Made by a program: the position numbers and the translations under genes. From Desulfurococcales archaeon (GTDB lineage: Archaea > Thermoproteota > Thermoprotei_A > Sulfolobales > Desulfurococcaceae), in contig JALVYU010000026.1 of assembly GCA_027022365.1 (NCBI GenBank), forward strand, positions 256,001-320,000: DNA of 64,000 bases, read 5' to 3'. The notes under the pieces are model-generated. The model did no database searches. It had not been told where the DNA came from and was given only the letters and a program-made list of their open reading frames with translations. Positions 39,295 through 50,500 of this stretch are shown one piece after another. Each line of letters begins with the position of its first letter. Positions within the stretch are counted from its first letter, which is position 1.

Positions 39295-42198
39295 ATGACT
39301 AGCGTTGTTGAGAAACGCGAAGAGACCATTCCGAAGAATGACCCAATTGTTGAGTACGCCAAGTGGAACAGTATAGATGTGAATGAGAATGCGAATAGAT
39401 ACATGGGACCAACGGGCTTCTTCTCCTATCTACTCGAGACATATATGAGGAGAGACTTATTATCACTGCTTCCACACGACCTGCTACGAGCTCATTTCGA
39501 CGGCTACATATACATCCATAAACTACCACACAGCCTATACATCCCATACTGTACGGGCCACAGTGTATCCAGGATGCTCAAGAAAGGGTTAAGAACACCT
39601 ACAATTGTTTCTAGACCTGCCAGACATTTCGATACATATGTTGATCACATAGCTAACTACCTCATAACACTACAACACTACTTCACCGGCGCACAGGCAT
39701 TCAGCAGTGTAGAATGGTATGCAGGACCATTCATAAGAAGAGATAAGCTAAGCTATGAACAAGTAAAACAACAAATACAACGCCTAGTATTTAATCTAAA
39801 CTACCCAACAAGAGTTGGGATGCAATGTCTATCAGAAGATACAAAGATACTAACTCCAGAGGGCTGGAAGGGCTATAGTGAAATAAGAGAGGGAGATCTC
39901 ATATATACCTTTAACATTAAAACAAAAACAATCGAAATTAAGCCTGTAAGGCATATATACGTAGATAAATATCGTGGAAAAATGTATAATCTAAGAAATA
40001 GAACACAGAACCAACTGGTTTCACCTAAACACAGAGTAGTATGGCTTGATTTTAAGAATAAAGATATTGTCAGATACAACCCTATAGAAGAAATATTAAA
40101 GTACAAATCTCCGATACCCATCCCAACAACTGCTTATCCGGCCTATGACAGTAAAGATTACCCTATAAGCGACGACGAATTAAAATTAATAGCATGGATC
40201 TTGTCTGAGGGCTCCATAGACCTGTATAGAAGAAGAGGGGAGAAGAAATACTATAGAATAAGAATTATACAATCAGATATAGCTAATCCAGATAATTTCA
40301 ATGAAATTTTATCCCTTCTTAATAGGCTGGGTATTAAATATCGTATCGTAGAAGATAAAGGCTTAGGATATGCTAAGGCAATAGTATTAAGTGCTAAAGA
40401 TTCTGAGAAAATATTTAATCTATTAGGAAAGCCAGAAAAGAAACCTCCAAAATGGCTTTATAAGTTAAGCAGACGACAGGCAAGAATATTTATTGAAACA
40501 TATGTTAAAGGTGATGGATGGGTAGAATATAAAGGTGGTGTTCCAAAGAGAATTAGAATATCAACAGTAGAACCAGATATAAAGGATGCATTAGTTGCCC
40601 TTGCAGTACTCGCCGGTTATAATGTATCATTAAAAGAAAGAAAACCATCATCTAAAATAAGTAAGAAGACTCAATATGTAATCTCTCTTACTACGACGAA
40701 ATCTGATTATATTAAAGAAATAAAGGAAGTTGATTATGACGGGATAATTTGGTCTGTCAATACGGAAAACGAAACAGTCATAGCAATGAGGGAAGGGTCA
40801 ATATTCATAACAGGCAATACCCCCTTTACTAATTTTACAGTAACACTTGATGCTCCGAAGAAGATGCTTGAGGGTGATTATGCAGTATATAATGGTAAGA
40901 AAATAGCCCGCCTCGGAGAGTACTATAAGGAGGCTAAGACATTCATATTGGCATTAACAGATATACTTTATCATGGAGATATGTATGGACAACCATTTAC
41001 ATTTCCGATCCCAACATTAATGACAACAGCCGATATGATATGGGAGGAGCCAGAAGTATATGAGGCAATATTTAGAACAGCTGCGCGCAGAGGGAGCTTC
41101 TACTGGCTGAACACCCGTATAGTAGATCCTGATGCAAGCTTCAGCATGTGTTGTAGAATAAATATAGATCGCAACGAGCTACTCTACGCTTACAACGGCA
41201 AGGCAAAAGGACTGGGCCTTAATTTCAGCATTAAGAAGGATCTGGAGGAGCTACACGAAGAAAATCTCGAGATGATCGAGAAACAAAGGTTCGGGGGACT
41301 CTGGGCAATGCCGGACGTAACTGGCAGTGTTAATGTAACAACAATAAATCTACCGCGCATAGCGTTGGAGTCAGGTGGTAATGATACAAGGTTCTGGGAA
41401 ATATATGATAGGATACTAGAACTCGTCAAGAAGAGCGAGGACTGGTTTAGAAAGAGATACGTTAAATTAATGTCCAGATACCCTGGAATGTATATGATGA
41501 TCAAAGAATATCTTACGGAGTTCCCGAGCAGCCACTTTAATACGATAGGTATACTTGGACTGCCAGAAGCAGCCGCTATCCTTATGAGAGAGCCGAGGCT
41601 ATGGTGGGAGGGAAGTAAGAAGGATTGGCTACGCGCAACCGAGTTGATGAAGAAGATGGTAGAATACGCCGTGATGAAGGCCAGAGAATGGATGCGCGAG
41701 TCGGGTATCCCGTGGAATGTCGAAGAAGTGCCTGGTGAGAGTGCGGCGGCTAAACTAGCTATTAAGGATTCAGAGAAATTCCCGGAGGTAGTAGATTATC
41801 TGAGCGATCCCGAGAACCCGATCTACAGCACCAGTATCGCTCCCTACTATGGAGAACTAGAGCTAGCTGATAGGATCGAGATCGAGTCTATGGTGCAGAA
41901 ACACTTCACCGGCGGAGTAATGATGCACATATTCCTAGGAGAAGAGCCTGACCCGGACGCATTAGCCAAGCTCACCAAGAGACTCATCAACACGGATCTA
42001 ATATACTGGAGTTACACACCGGCAATAACACATTGCCCGAGATGTAGCAAGACATTCACCGGCCTCTACAGGAGATGTCCTGCATGTGGATATGAAGGAG
42101 TAGAAATATGGAGCAGAATAATAGGATACTACAGACCGCTCAAGAACTGGAACCCGTATCGTAGGAGGGAGTTCTGGACAAGGAAACACTATATGTAG
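39295..42198 (+). CDS. nrdD: anaerobic (class III) ribonucleoside-triphosphate reductase, intein-containing
   Basis: IYIHKL, YC, GAQA, SMCCR, VTTINLPR, PGES, TGG, CPRC..CPAC, SRIIGYY glycyl loop. Confidence 0.95.
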   Translation: MTSVVEKREETIPKNDPIVEYAKWNSIDVNENANRYMGPTGFFSYLLETYMRRDLLSLLPHDLLRAHFDGYIYIHKLPHSLYIPYCTGHSVSRMLKKGLRTPTIVSRPARHFDTYVDHIANYLITLQHYFTGAQAFSSVEWYAGPFIRRDKLSYEQVKQQIQRLVFNLNYPTRVGMQCLSEDTKILTPEGWKGYSEIREGDLIYTFNIKTKTIEIKPVRHIYVDKYRGKMYNLRNRTQNQLVSPKHRVVWLDFKNKDIVRYNPIEEILKYKSPIPIPTTAYPAYDSKDYPISDDELKLIAWILSEGSIDLYRRRGEKKYYRIRIIQSDIANPDNFNEILSLLNRLGIKYRIVEDKGLGYAKAIVLSAKDSEKIFNLLGKPEKKPPKWLYKLSRRQARIFIETYVKGDGWVEYKGGVPKRIRISTVEPDIKDALVALAVLAGYNVSLKERKPSSKISKKTQYVISLTTTKSDYIKEIKEVDYDGIIWSVNTENETVIAMREGSIFITGNTPFTNFTVTLDAPKKMLEGDYAVYNGKKIARLGEYYKEAKTFILALTDILYHGDMYGQPFTFPIPTLMTTADMIWEEPEVYEAIFRTAARRGSFYWLNTRIVDPDASFSMCCRINIDRNELLYAYNGKAKGLGLNFSIKKDLEELHEENLEMIEKQRFGGLWAMPDVTGSVNVTTINLPRIALESGGNDTRFWEIYDRILELVKKSEDWFRKRYVKLMSRYPGMYMMIKEYLTEFPSSHFNTIGILGLPEAAAILMREPRLWWEGSKKDWLRATELMKKMVEYAVMKAREWMRESGIPWNVEEVPGESAAAKLAIKDSEKFPEVVDYLSDPENPIYSTSIAPYYGELELADRIEIESMVQKHFTGGVMMHIFLGEEPDPDALAKLTKRLINTDLIYWSYTPAITHCPRCSKTFTGLYRRCPACGYEGVEIWSRIIGYYRPLKNWNPYRRREFWTRKHYM
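39826..40818 (+). mobile_element. 331-aa intein with LAGLIDADG homing endonuclease in NrdD
   Basis: GMQ/CLSEDTKILT, VSPKHRV (block B), WILSEGS and YVKGDG (LAGLIDADG), ITGN/TPF; AT-richer than exteins. Confidence 0.93.
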
Positions 42199-42237
42199 CA
42201 AACACGTTTCCCTTAACTCATTTTTAAATATCAATAT

Positions 42238-43071
42238 ATGGGAATAACTATAGAAGGTAATACAGGCTTGAAAACTATCTCAAGATCACTACAACTATCA
42301 GAAAACAATAAACCCGCATATCTATACGGTTCCGGATGGAAATCCATAAGCATGGTAGATGTCTATAAGAGCGTCACGTTCACACTATGGCTATGTGGAT
42401 GTAACTTAAAGTGTCCTTTCTGCCATAACTGGCACCTAGCCACGAATGATCCATTATACTGTCGTCCTCTTGACGTTGGCGAAATAGTAAAACGCGTAGA
42501 CGCCGCGAAGCCCCTTATTGACTACCTACACATAACTGGTGGCGAGCCAATAGTACAGTACAAGGTGTTAGAATATCTTCTAGAACGAATTAGAGAACTA
42601 CATGTGAAGATTAGTATAAACACTAATTTGACTCTCCTGAACCCTCTCAAAAAACTCCTAGAGAGACACCTAGTTGATCACATAGCAACAGATCTAAAGA
42701 CACCACATAGAATACTCTACGGATACGAAGAGAATACTTCGGATAAGCTATGGGAATTATTCCTTGAAGGCCTCAAGCTAGTTAAGAAATACGATATTCC
42801 TCTAGAACTACGTATACCCGTTCCGAGAAAATTGGTTAGAACGGATGAATATATGGAGGATTTATCAAAGGCATTATCGAGAATCAAAGATCATAGAGGA
42901 AGCTATATAATTGTTCAGCCACTCCTAGGCCCCCCGATTACAGACCCTAGAAATAAGGACTGGTGCAACGAATTCTGTGATCCTGAATGGCGAGAATTAG
43001 AGTATGTGGCTGAATACGTGAGAAGCTTTACAAATCTACAAGTTATTGTTAAGAGGCATGTTACCTTATGA
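42238..43071 (+). CDS. nrdG: anaerobic RNR activating enzyme (radical SAM)
   Basis: GCNLKCPFCHN, TGGEP, DLK; follows nrdD. Confidence 0.9.
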   Translation: MGITIEGNTGLKTISRSLQLSENNKPAYLYGSGWKSISMVDVYKSVTFTLWLCGCNLKCPFCHNWHLATNDPLYCRPLDVGEIVKRVDAAKPLIDYLHITGGEPIVQYKVLEYLLERIRELHVKISINTNLTLLNPLKKLLERHLVDHIATDLKTPHRILYGYEENTSDKLWELFLEGLKLVKKYDIPLELRIPVPRKLVRTDEYMEDLSKALSRIKDHRGSYIIVQPLLGPPITDPRNKDWCNEFCDPEWRELEYVAEYVRSFTNLQVIVKRHVTL

Positions 43072-43994
43072 ATGACGAGTATAAACCCAGTGTCAGACTA
43101 GTGTCATATCTTCCAGAGGCACCCAAGATAATTGCTGTGGCATCGAAGCTAACCATTTCTCACAAACCAGTTGATAGAATAAAACAGAAAATCACAGAAG
43201 AAGAAGTTAGGAAATGGATCCGGGAATTAATTCTGCACGGCCATGGCTCTCCACTTGAGCACAGTATCTATATATTCGAAATAACTTGTAGTCGTGTAAC
43301 AAGCCACCAGATCGTCAGGCACAGGATCGCTTCATATACCCAGCTGAGCCAAAGATATAGCGACAAGTACTTGAGGCGAATGATCAGTGCTATAACCGGG
43401 TCCATGTCTCAAGCCGCTTACAATGGCGGATCACGGGTAAAATTCCATCAATACAGTATTGTATTGCGAGATTTCACGGACAGTACGAATGATTGGAACG
43501 AATTACTTGATATAGTTTCGAAGGCCTTCATCATACCTCCAAAGATCGTATCCGAGCAAGACACTGGTTTTCTGAAAAACCTGCTTAACGCCGTATCAAC
43601 TTATTATGAGCTACTGGCCCATGGCGTACCATACGAGGATGCCCGATATGTTCTGCCACAATCTATCAAGACACGGATTATTATGACTATGAACGCGCGA
43701 GAGCTCATTGAATCATTTCTTCCGCTACGCATGTGTAGTAGGGCACAATGGGAAATAAGATATATTGCCTGGTCTATGTGGCGGATCCTGAACACGGTAC
43801 ATCCAGAGATATTCGTGTATGCTGGGCCTAGATGCGTATATTATGACCAGAGATCGAGGAAAGAATTATGTCCTTTAAAGGAGTACCTCAGCAACGAATG
43901 TGTTCCCTCCATAGAGCGTTGCCCCGAGAAAGTGGAAAGAGAACAAATAAAGAAGTGCATAATATATGGCTCACGGGATCCATGGTCTTTATAG
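43068..43994 (+). CDS. thyX: FAD-dependent thymidylate synthase
   Basis: GHGSPLEH, SHQIVRHRIASYTQLSQRY, EDARYVLP, RAQWEIR. Confidence 0.95.
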   Translation: MNDEYKPSVRLVSYLPEAPKIIAVASKLTISHKPVDRIKQKITEEEVRKWIRELILHGHGSPLEHSIYIFEITCSRVTSHQIVRHRIASYTQLSQRYSDKYLRRMISAITGSMSQAAYNGGSRVKFHQYSIVLRDFTDSTNDWNELLDIVSKAFIIPPKIVSEQDTGFLKNLLNAVSTYYELLAHGVPYEDARYVLPQSIKTRIIMTMNARELIESFLPLRMCSRAQWEIRYIAWSMWRILNTVHPEIFVYAGPRCVYYDQRSRKELCPLKEYLSNECVPSIERCPEKVEREQIKKCIIYGSRDPWSL

Positions 43995-44048
43995 GGAGAG
44001 ATCAATAGAAGATTTCTTCAGACTTATGAAAGTCTACGGTGATACCAT

Positions 44049-44582
44049 ATGATACTCAGCGATTGGGATATCCGATTATATATTGAGAAGAAACTGTTGA
44101 AGATAGATCCCCTGTACCCTGATACTATTAGGGAGAACGGCATAGATCTAAGGTTCGGTAAAGAGTTCTGCAGATATACGGCCGGTGAAGAAGTAATCGA
44201 CTCACGCTCAGGCGTTCCGGAGAGATATCTTGTTTGTGAAGAAATTGATGCTGAGAAAGGCTACGTTATAATGCCCGGGGATAGAATTCTTGCTACAACA
44301 CTGGAGTACGTAGAAGTACCCATCGATCTTGTTGGGCTGGTTAATCTGAGAAGCACATTCGCTAGACTCGGCCTCTATATACCGCCTACGGTAATTGATG
44401 CTGGATTCAAAGGCCAGGTAACGATTGAAATAGTAGGGGCTAAACGCCCGATAAGAGTTTATCCCGGGCAGCGATTCCTACATGTAGTATTCCTAAGGAC
44501 AAGCAGCCCTGTCCATAGTCCTTATTCAGGCAAGTATCAGGGGCAAAGAGGCGTTACACCACCAAGACTGGATAAATCTTAA
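44049..44582 (+). CDS. dcd: dCTP deaminase
   Basis: MILSD, RSTFARLG, IDAGFKG, YSGKYQGQ. Confidence 0.93.
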   Translation: MILSDWDIRLYIEKKLLKIDPLYPDTIRENGIDLRFGKEFCRYTAGEEVIDSRSGVPERYLVCEEIDAEKGYVIMPGDRILATTLEYVEVPIDLVGLVNLRSTFARLGLYIPPTVIDAGFKGQVTIEIVGAKRPIRVYPGQRFLHVVFLRTSSPVHSPYSGKYQGQRGVTPPRLDKS

Positions 44583-44659
44583 TATGTTTATTAGAATCTC
44601 TAACATCATGTTTTTATATCCCTAATTATATTATTAATTATTAGAAAAAGGTGGTTAGC

Positions 44660-45367
44660 ATGCCTGGACAAATACCCCTAATAGGTGAAAAATTCCCTGA
44701 GATAACAGTACATACAACACACGGTACAATAAAGCTCCCAGACGACTACAGCGGAAAATGGTTCGTATTATTCAGCCACCCAGCAGATTTCACTCCTGTG
44801 TGTACAACCGAGTTCGTGGCCTTCGCCAAACGGTACGAGGACTTCAAGAAGCTCAACACCGAGCTTATAGGACTCAGCGTGGATAATACGTATAGCCACA
44901 TAAAATGGGTTGAGTGGATTAAGGAGAAGCTCGGCGTCGAGATACCTTTCCCAATAATAGCTGATCCACAGGGTAATGTCGCTAAAAAGCTTGGAATGAT
45001 ACATGCAGAGTCATCCGTAGTAACAGTACGTGCTGTCTTCGTTGTTGATGACAAGGGCATAATCAGGACAATACTTTACTACCCGCTGAACCTCGGCAGA
45101 CTGGTGGACGAGATACTGCGTATCGTGAAGGGACTGCAGATCACCGATGAATACGGGAGAGCGCTCCCAGCGAACTGGCCGAATAACGAGATCATAGGTG
45201 ATGCTGTAATAGTGCCCCCGGCAAGCACTGTCAAAGAGGCAGAAGAAAGACTAAAGACTTATGAGTGCCTTGACTGGTGGCTATGCTATGAGAAGGGCAA
45301 GGTGCCGAAGGAAATCATCGAGATGGTCAGAGGCTTCCTGAAGAGAGCGGCGGGCCTATCCCAGTAA
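44660..45367 (+). CDS. peroxiredoxin (archaeal Prx6-type)
   Basis: [27 protein letters not shown]. Confidence 0.95.
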   Translation: MPGQIPLIGEKFPEITVHTTHGTIKLPDDYSGKWFVLFSHPADFTPVCTTEFVAFAKRYEDFKKLNTELIGLSVDNTYSHIKWVEWIKEKLGVEIPFPIIADPQGNVAKKLGMIHAESSVVTVRAVFVVDDKGIIRTILYYPLNLGRLVDEILRIVKGLQITDEYGRALPANWPNNEIIGDAVIVPPASTVKEAEERLKTYECLDWWLCYEKGKVPKEIIEMVRGFLKRAAGLSQ

Positions 45368-45369
45368 CA

Positions 45370-45663
45370 CTATGTTTTTTCAATACTCAATACCCTTCTA
45401 TACATGTATTTTGAAACCAAGTGTTTTCCAACAGCAAGCAATGCCTTCTTTCGGGCTTCCTCGATGAAGTCCATGACGTTGAAATCACATTCATAGGACT
45501 TATTGCCTACATACCAACATATACCATTATCTACACATGCCTCAAGGATTAGCAGGGCGATAACAGCATCAACAGGACTGAGGATCTCACTATTACCATT
45601 CACACCTATAATACCATATCCCTGAATCTCTATACTATACCGCATCATTATCCCCATACACAT
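45370..45663 (-). CDS. hypothetical protein
   Basis: ORF only. Confidence 0.4.
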   Translation of the reverse strand: MCMGIMMRYSIEIQGYGIIGVNGNSEILSPVDAVIALLILEACVDNGICWYVGNKSYECDFNVMDFIEEARKKALLAVGKHLVSKYMYRRVLSIEKT

Positions 45664-45959
45664 AAATCATATATATTTAGCAGAGTCGCCCGTAAGAATT
45701 CCTACTAAAAACCAGAAATGATAAAAACCAATTCCCCCTCATGCAGTAACAAGGAATTCCAAACGGACTTACTAGAAGTACCTCTCAGGATTCTCTTCAG
45801 GCCATTAATATATTAATACACATGATTTAACAACCATAATGCTCACGTAATGAAATAAGAAGTGTATTGATCGTGATGAGTCAACCTAATAGACCAAAAA
45901 CGACTGTGTGCGAGGAACGGTAATACAAGAGCATATAGGTATTTATTTTGTAAAATAGG

Positions 45960-46065
45960 TGCCGCCGCCGGGATTTGAACCCGGGTGTCCCGCGCACGGG
46001 CCATGAGGACCCGCGGACACGGGCTCGAGAGGCCCGCATACTTGGCCGGGCTATACTACGGCGGC
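45960..46065 (-). tRNA. tRNA-Glu(CTC) with 31-nt non-canonical intron at 45/46 (45987-46017)
   Basis: cloverleaf GCCGCCG...CGGCGGCA; BHB with CCCG/CGGG central helix in the variable region. Confidence 0.92.
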
Positions 46066-46108
46066 ATCCAGACATAATGGATTATCGAGGGGAGTTTTTA
46101 TAGGTTAC

Positions 46109-46459
46109 TCATCCTCCTTTATGTAGTCTTGTAATGATTTCTTTTCTCCATAGAACTATGTTTGTTAGTATGAGTAATTGGCCATAATCTATCGCGAAGG
46201 CTTCTCCATGACTGTTTTTCTCTAAGAATATTAGGGGGAGCATTGTGACTTTTTCAAATAATGATACCTTGTATAGAATAATGTAGTGGATCACTATGAT
46301 CAATGCCGATACAGCAGTTATTACTATCTTGCCCTTCTTGTTTAGGTCGAGGAATGCGAGTAGACCTATTAGTACTATAAGCAGAATACAAGCCACTTGC
46401 TCCAAAAGATATATTGGATCTATTACACTAGTCGGTACGATATAATATGGCTTAAACAT
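46109..46459 (-). CDS. hypothetical membrane protein
   Basis: three hydrophobic segments. Confidence 0.55.
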   Translation of the reverse strand: MFKPYYIVPTSVIDPIYLLEQVACILLIVLIGLLAFLDLNKKGKIVITAVSALIIVIHYIILYKVSLFEKVTMLPLIFLEKNSHGEAFAIDYGQLLILTNIVLWRKEIITRLHKGG

Positions 46460-46519
46460 AATTAATCAGCTCGGGAAACCCGGATTAATCATAGTATAGG
46501 TTATAGGAGGGCGAGTTTT

Positions 46520-47524
46520 ATGAAGGCTATGGTTCTGAAGAAACAAGCTCCTATTGAAACCAATCCTCTTAAGCTCATGGATGTGGATACTCCTAGTCCC
46601 AAGGAAGGAGAGGTACTGATAAGGATAAAGGCCTGCGGAGTATGCAGGACTGATCTCCACATCGTCGAGGGCGAACTCCCAGCCGTAAAGCTACCACTGA
46701 TACCCGGACACCAGATAGTTGGAGTTATTGAGGAAGTAGGTGATAACGTGGAGGGGTTGAGGAGGGGGGAACGAGTAGGTATCCCATGGCTCTACTGGTC
46801 CTGCGGTAAATGCAAGTACTGTAGAAGAGGCTTAGAGAACCTCTGCGACAACGCACTATTTACAGGTTATAGCGTTGACGGGGGATACGCTGAATATGTG
46901 GTGGCGCCAGCCGCGTTCGTCCACCCAATGCCTAGAACCCATGACGACCTACACGCGGCACCGCTTCTCTGCGCTGGAGCAGTCGGCTATAGAGCTTTGC
47001 GTCTAACAGGCCTCATTGATAGACGTGAAGGAGTCCTAGGGCTATTCGGGTTCGGGGCATCGGCAAACCTGATGTTAAAGGCCGCTAAAGCCCTTGGGCT
47101 TGAGGTTTACGTGTTCACGCATTCTCCATGGAAAATAGAGTATGCGTTAAAGCTAGGAGCGGACTGGGCTGGAGACACTAGGGAGGTGCCACCGAAAAAA
47201 CTGGATGCAGCAATAGTCTTTGCCCCCGTATCATGGGTTTTCATCGAGGCACTAAAGAAGCTCGATAAAGGTGGGAGAGTTGTCCTCGGAGAAATCTATA
47301 TGACACCAATAGAGAAGCTGGACTATAGTCTCCTCTGGCTCGAAAGAGAGGTAAAGACGACAGCTAACGTAACACGTAGGGATGTACGTGAATTCCTCGA
47401 GTTAGCTGAGAAGCACAGGATCATGCCTGACATAACAATTTATAATCTCAAGGAGGCCAATAAGGCTCTACAAGACCTTAAGAAGGGACGTGTTAAGGGA
47501 ACTGCCGTGCTTAGGATCAGCTAG
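46520..47524 (+). CDS. zinc-dependent alcohol dehydrogenase family protein
   Basis: CGVCRTDLH, PGHQIVG, CGKCKYC...ENLC, GLFGFG. Confidence 0.92.
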   Translation: MKAMVLKKQAPIETNPLKLMDVDTPSPKEGEVLIRIKACGVCRTDLHIVEGELPAVKLPLIPGHQIVGVIEEVGDNVEGLRRGERVGIPWLYWSCGKCKYCRRGLENLCDNALFTGYSVDGGYAEYVVAPAAFVHPMPRTHDDLHAAPLLCAGAVGYRALRLTGLIDRREGVLGLFGFGASANLMLKAAKALGLEVYVFTHSPWKIEYALKLGADWAGDTREVPPKKLDAAIVFAPVSWVFIEALKKLDKGGRVVLGEIYMTPIEKLDYSLLWLEREVKTTANVTRRDVREFLELAEKHRIMPDITIYNLKEANKALQDLKKGRVKGTAVLRIS

Positions 47525-50500
47525 CAATAGCGGACAATAATAGATAGGCGTAATATAATGCCTTAGCGTCCTCTTCTAGATATTTTTCTATTTTCTCACG
47601 CCAAAACCTCGATCTAATCCTTATCTCTGCTTTTTTCAAAGAATCAACTACATCCGGCAGATTCAGCTCAAGTCTCAGTACTCCGGATTCATTAACTATT
47701 GTACGGTAGCTTGAAGGTGATAGATTATTGCGCTTGAGAATATCATTTAGCGTGATGATGTTTTCACCAAGCTCTACTATTCTAGCCAGCATTCTAAGAT
47801 TAGCTGTTCGCAGGAACTTCAGCATAGCATCCCTGTCCGAGATTAGGATTTTGAAATTATCGTATGATATAAGCTCTATTACCCGTGCCTCTATAGATCT
47901 TAGCGTCTCCGGCGGCTTAATATAAGGGACTGGCGGATAAACCTCAGCTCTCGCAACTGATTCCTCGCCGTCAAAGAACGATAAACCAACAACTAGTCTT
48001 GGCAGCTCAGCAGGTGATTCAATGATCTCTGCAATACCAGATAATGCGACAAGCTTTAACGACTTACTGGGCCTTGGTATGGTGATCTCTCTATCCATGA
48101 AAATCGCGCGTATCTTATCTCTCAACAAGATATAGTCTATTACACGTAGACAGACCTGCTTTATTACGCTCCAATCAAATCCCAGCGTGATATAGTCAGC
48201 ATAAGCGATATCATCGATCTCAGACAACAACACCAGGTCCAATTCATCAGGTTGATAATTCTCCACTATCCTCCTAATCCTCTGCCAATCAAGATCCACT
48301 AGTATACCCGCAGCCTCCGGTTCATGTAGGCTGAAATACTTTTTCTCGCCAGCTTTAACCACATCATACATTATTGTTTCAAACGCTATACCCGTCTTCC
48401 TCCTAAGAATTATCATTAGGAAAGACAGAGCTATACGCAGGAGAGTCGCATCCTCCGATTCATCGACATCATAAGAGAAGCCATACGTGTAGTCGCGGTA
48501 CTCGCCCCCGGTGCTCTTGGGCACATATATGTTTCTTCTGTCGTAGACAACCACAGTGTTTCCAGGCATCCTTAGTATTCTCGGCTTCTCGGATCTCAGT
48601 GTCCATATGCATCTGTTTGGGATTTTTCTATAACGGCCAAACCCGTTTGAAGGTGTATATACAACGCATAGCATCTCGGACGATAAGCGGCCGCTAAATA
48701 TGTCTCTGACTATGTCCGGCTTCTCTCCCCATCCCATCTTAATATAACGATACTCTTCCAGAGCGGTGGCCAATGCGTCGTCTTTATAGAATAAACGATA
48801 GCTGATCGGTTCCTCATAGACGGCTTTTACATGCCTCGAACTACGTCCGAATTCTAGTCTTGTCACGATGGCATCGTTACCTATGTCTATACATCCGGGC
48901 TGGAACTTCTCCACGAGATCACAGTGGCCTATCGGCTCGAGGGGCTTTTCCTCACTATTTTCCACTAAATAGCGTTTGATCCCATATGGTGGTGCAAACT
49001 CGTAGAAGTTCATCCTTTCCCATGTCCATTTTAACAGCTTCTCGTTTAGCTTATCTTTTGATAATATTCCTGTCTTGTTTAAAGCTTCCTTCTCCAAGAG
49101 AGTAAGCTCCTCATTAATCCAAGGAGATATTAATTTGAGTAGGCCTGTGAAGAGATGCATATATAGATTCCTGGGATTGACCAGAGTTCTCTCTACTCCT
49201 AGAGACAACCATTTATTCAATGTCTCTATTCCTTTCGTAAGAAGTTCTCTATCCCATCTAAGAATGGGAATTATTATTGACTCTGTGAACGGTATATTCG
49301 TCCTACGACCTTTACGTCCTTCACGTTGTCTAAATTCACGTACTTCGTCGGGTAGACCGACATGCACTATTCTGGCCACAACACCTATATCGATTCCTTG
49401 AGTCAATGTTCTTGGAGAAACTATTACCTTTACTCTTCCGTTTCGGGCATCATCTTCTATCTTCTCCCTAATAGCCTTGGGGACCAAGTGGTGATGAGAC
49501 GCTATTGGCGCGTTTTCACCATATCTAGATTTGATTGTTCTAACTATTTCCTCAGCCGAGTTAATACCTCTCGTGAATACCAGCGTGACATATTCATCGT
49601 CGAGATATCTCGATATTATCTCGGGGATATCAACAGATATGTTAGGGACATCTAGTCCGTAGGAGGCTTGGAGATAGGCAATGATCTTGTATGGGTCTTT
49701 CTTGAAGTACTCGTAGTTGTCTATGGCTTTAAGTATCTGTTCGTCGTCGATCAATATTTTGTTCTTGAAAACTTGTTCTCTTATCTTATTCCATACTTTC
49801 TTGAGATCCTTACCCAGAACTATAATGATCCTGTTCTCGACATGGAATGGTTTACCCTCAATAACCTTATAGTTTCTCCCTGTCATCTCCCTTAGGTATT
49901 GTCCTAGATCATCCGGATTAGAGAGTGTTGCTGTCAGTATGCATACTTGTATCTTCTTTTGACTAACGTAGGAGATGAACCATAATATTCCGAGTAGGAG
50001 TGCAATAGATCTTGGACCATAAAAGTCCATTTCATCTATAATGACTAGATCTATATTGGTTAAATAATTATACAATATACTGGAAGATGTTGATATTGAT
50101 GCCTTCTTGATATCGTGCATGAGAAACGCCGGATTAGTTATGATAATGTTTGCTGATTCTACCCGATTTCTCAGTCCTTTCATACCGGTTTCACGGATTA
50201 TCTCGTGTTTCTTGACGCTATCCAGCTGCAATGCTTTGGCTCCAATGGTTGAAACATATTTTGATATTCTCCTTATTTGGTCGTTTGCGAGAGCGAGAGT
50301 AGGATAAATAACTATTGCCCGATATCCTGGGTTCTCACTTGTTTTTCTTAGGAAATAAAGAACCCATGCTTCGGTTTTTCCACTGCCAGTCCCTGATCTG
50401 AGGATCACGTTGAATCCATTCTTGAGAGAATCATATGCTTCGAGCTGGTGCTTATAAAGTTTCATAGAACCGATCTCGAGGCTGGAAAGTTCATTAATTA

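Noticed and set aside
45873-45935. GTGATGA box C-like motif downstream of tRNA-Glu
   Set aside because: No matching D/D' boxes or terminal stem found
45987-46017. Long variable arm implying tRNA-Ser/Leu/Sec
   Set aside because: CTC anticodon, Glu-type body and BHB geometry indicate an intron
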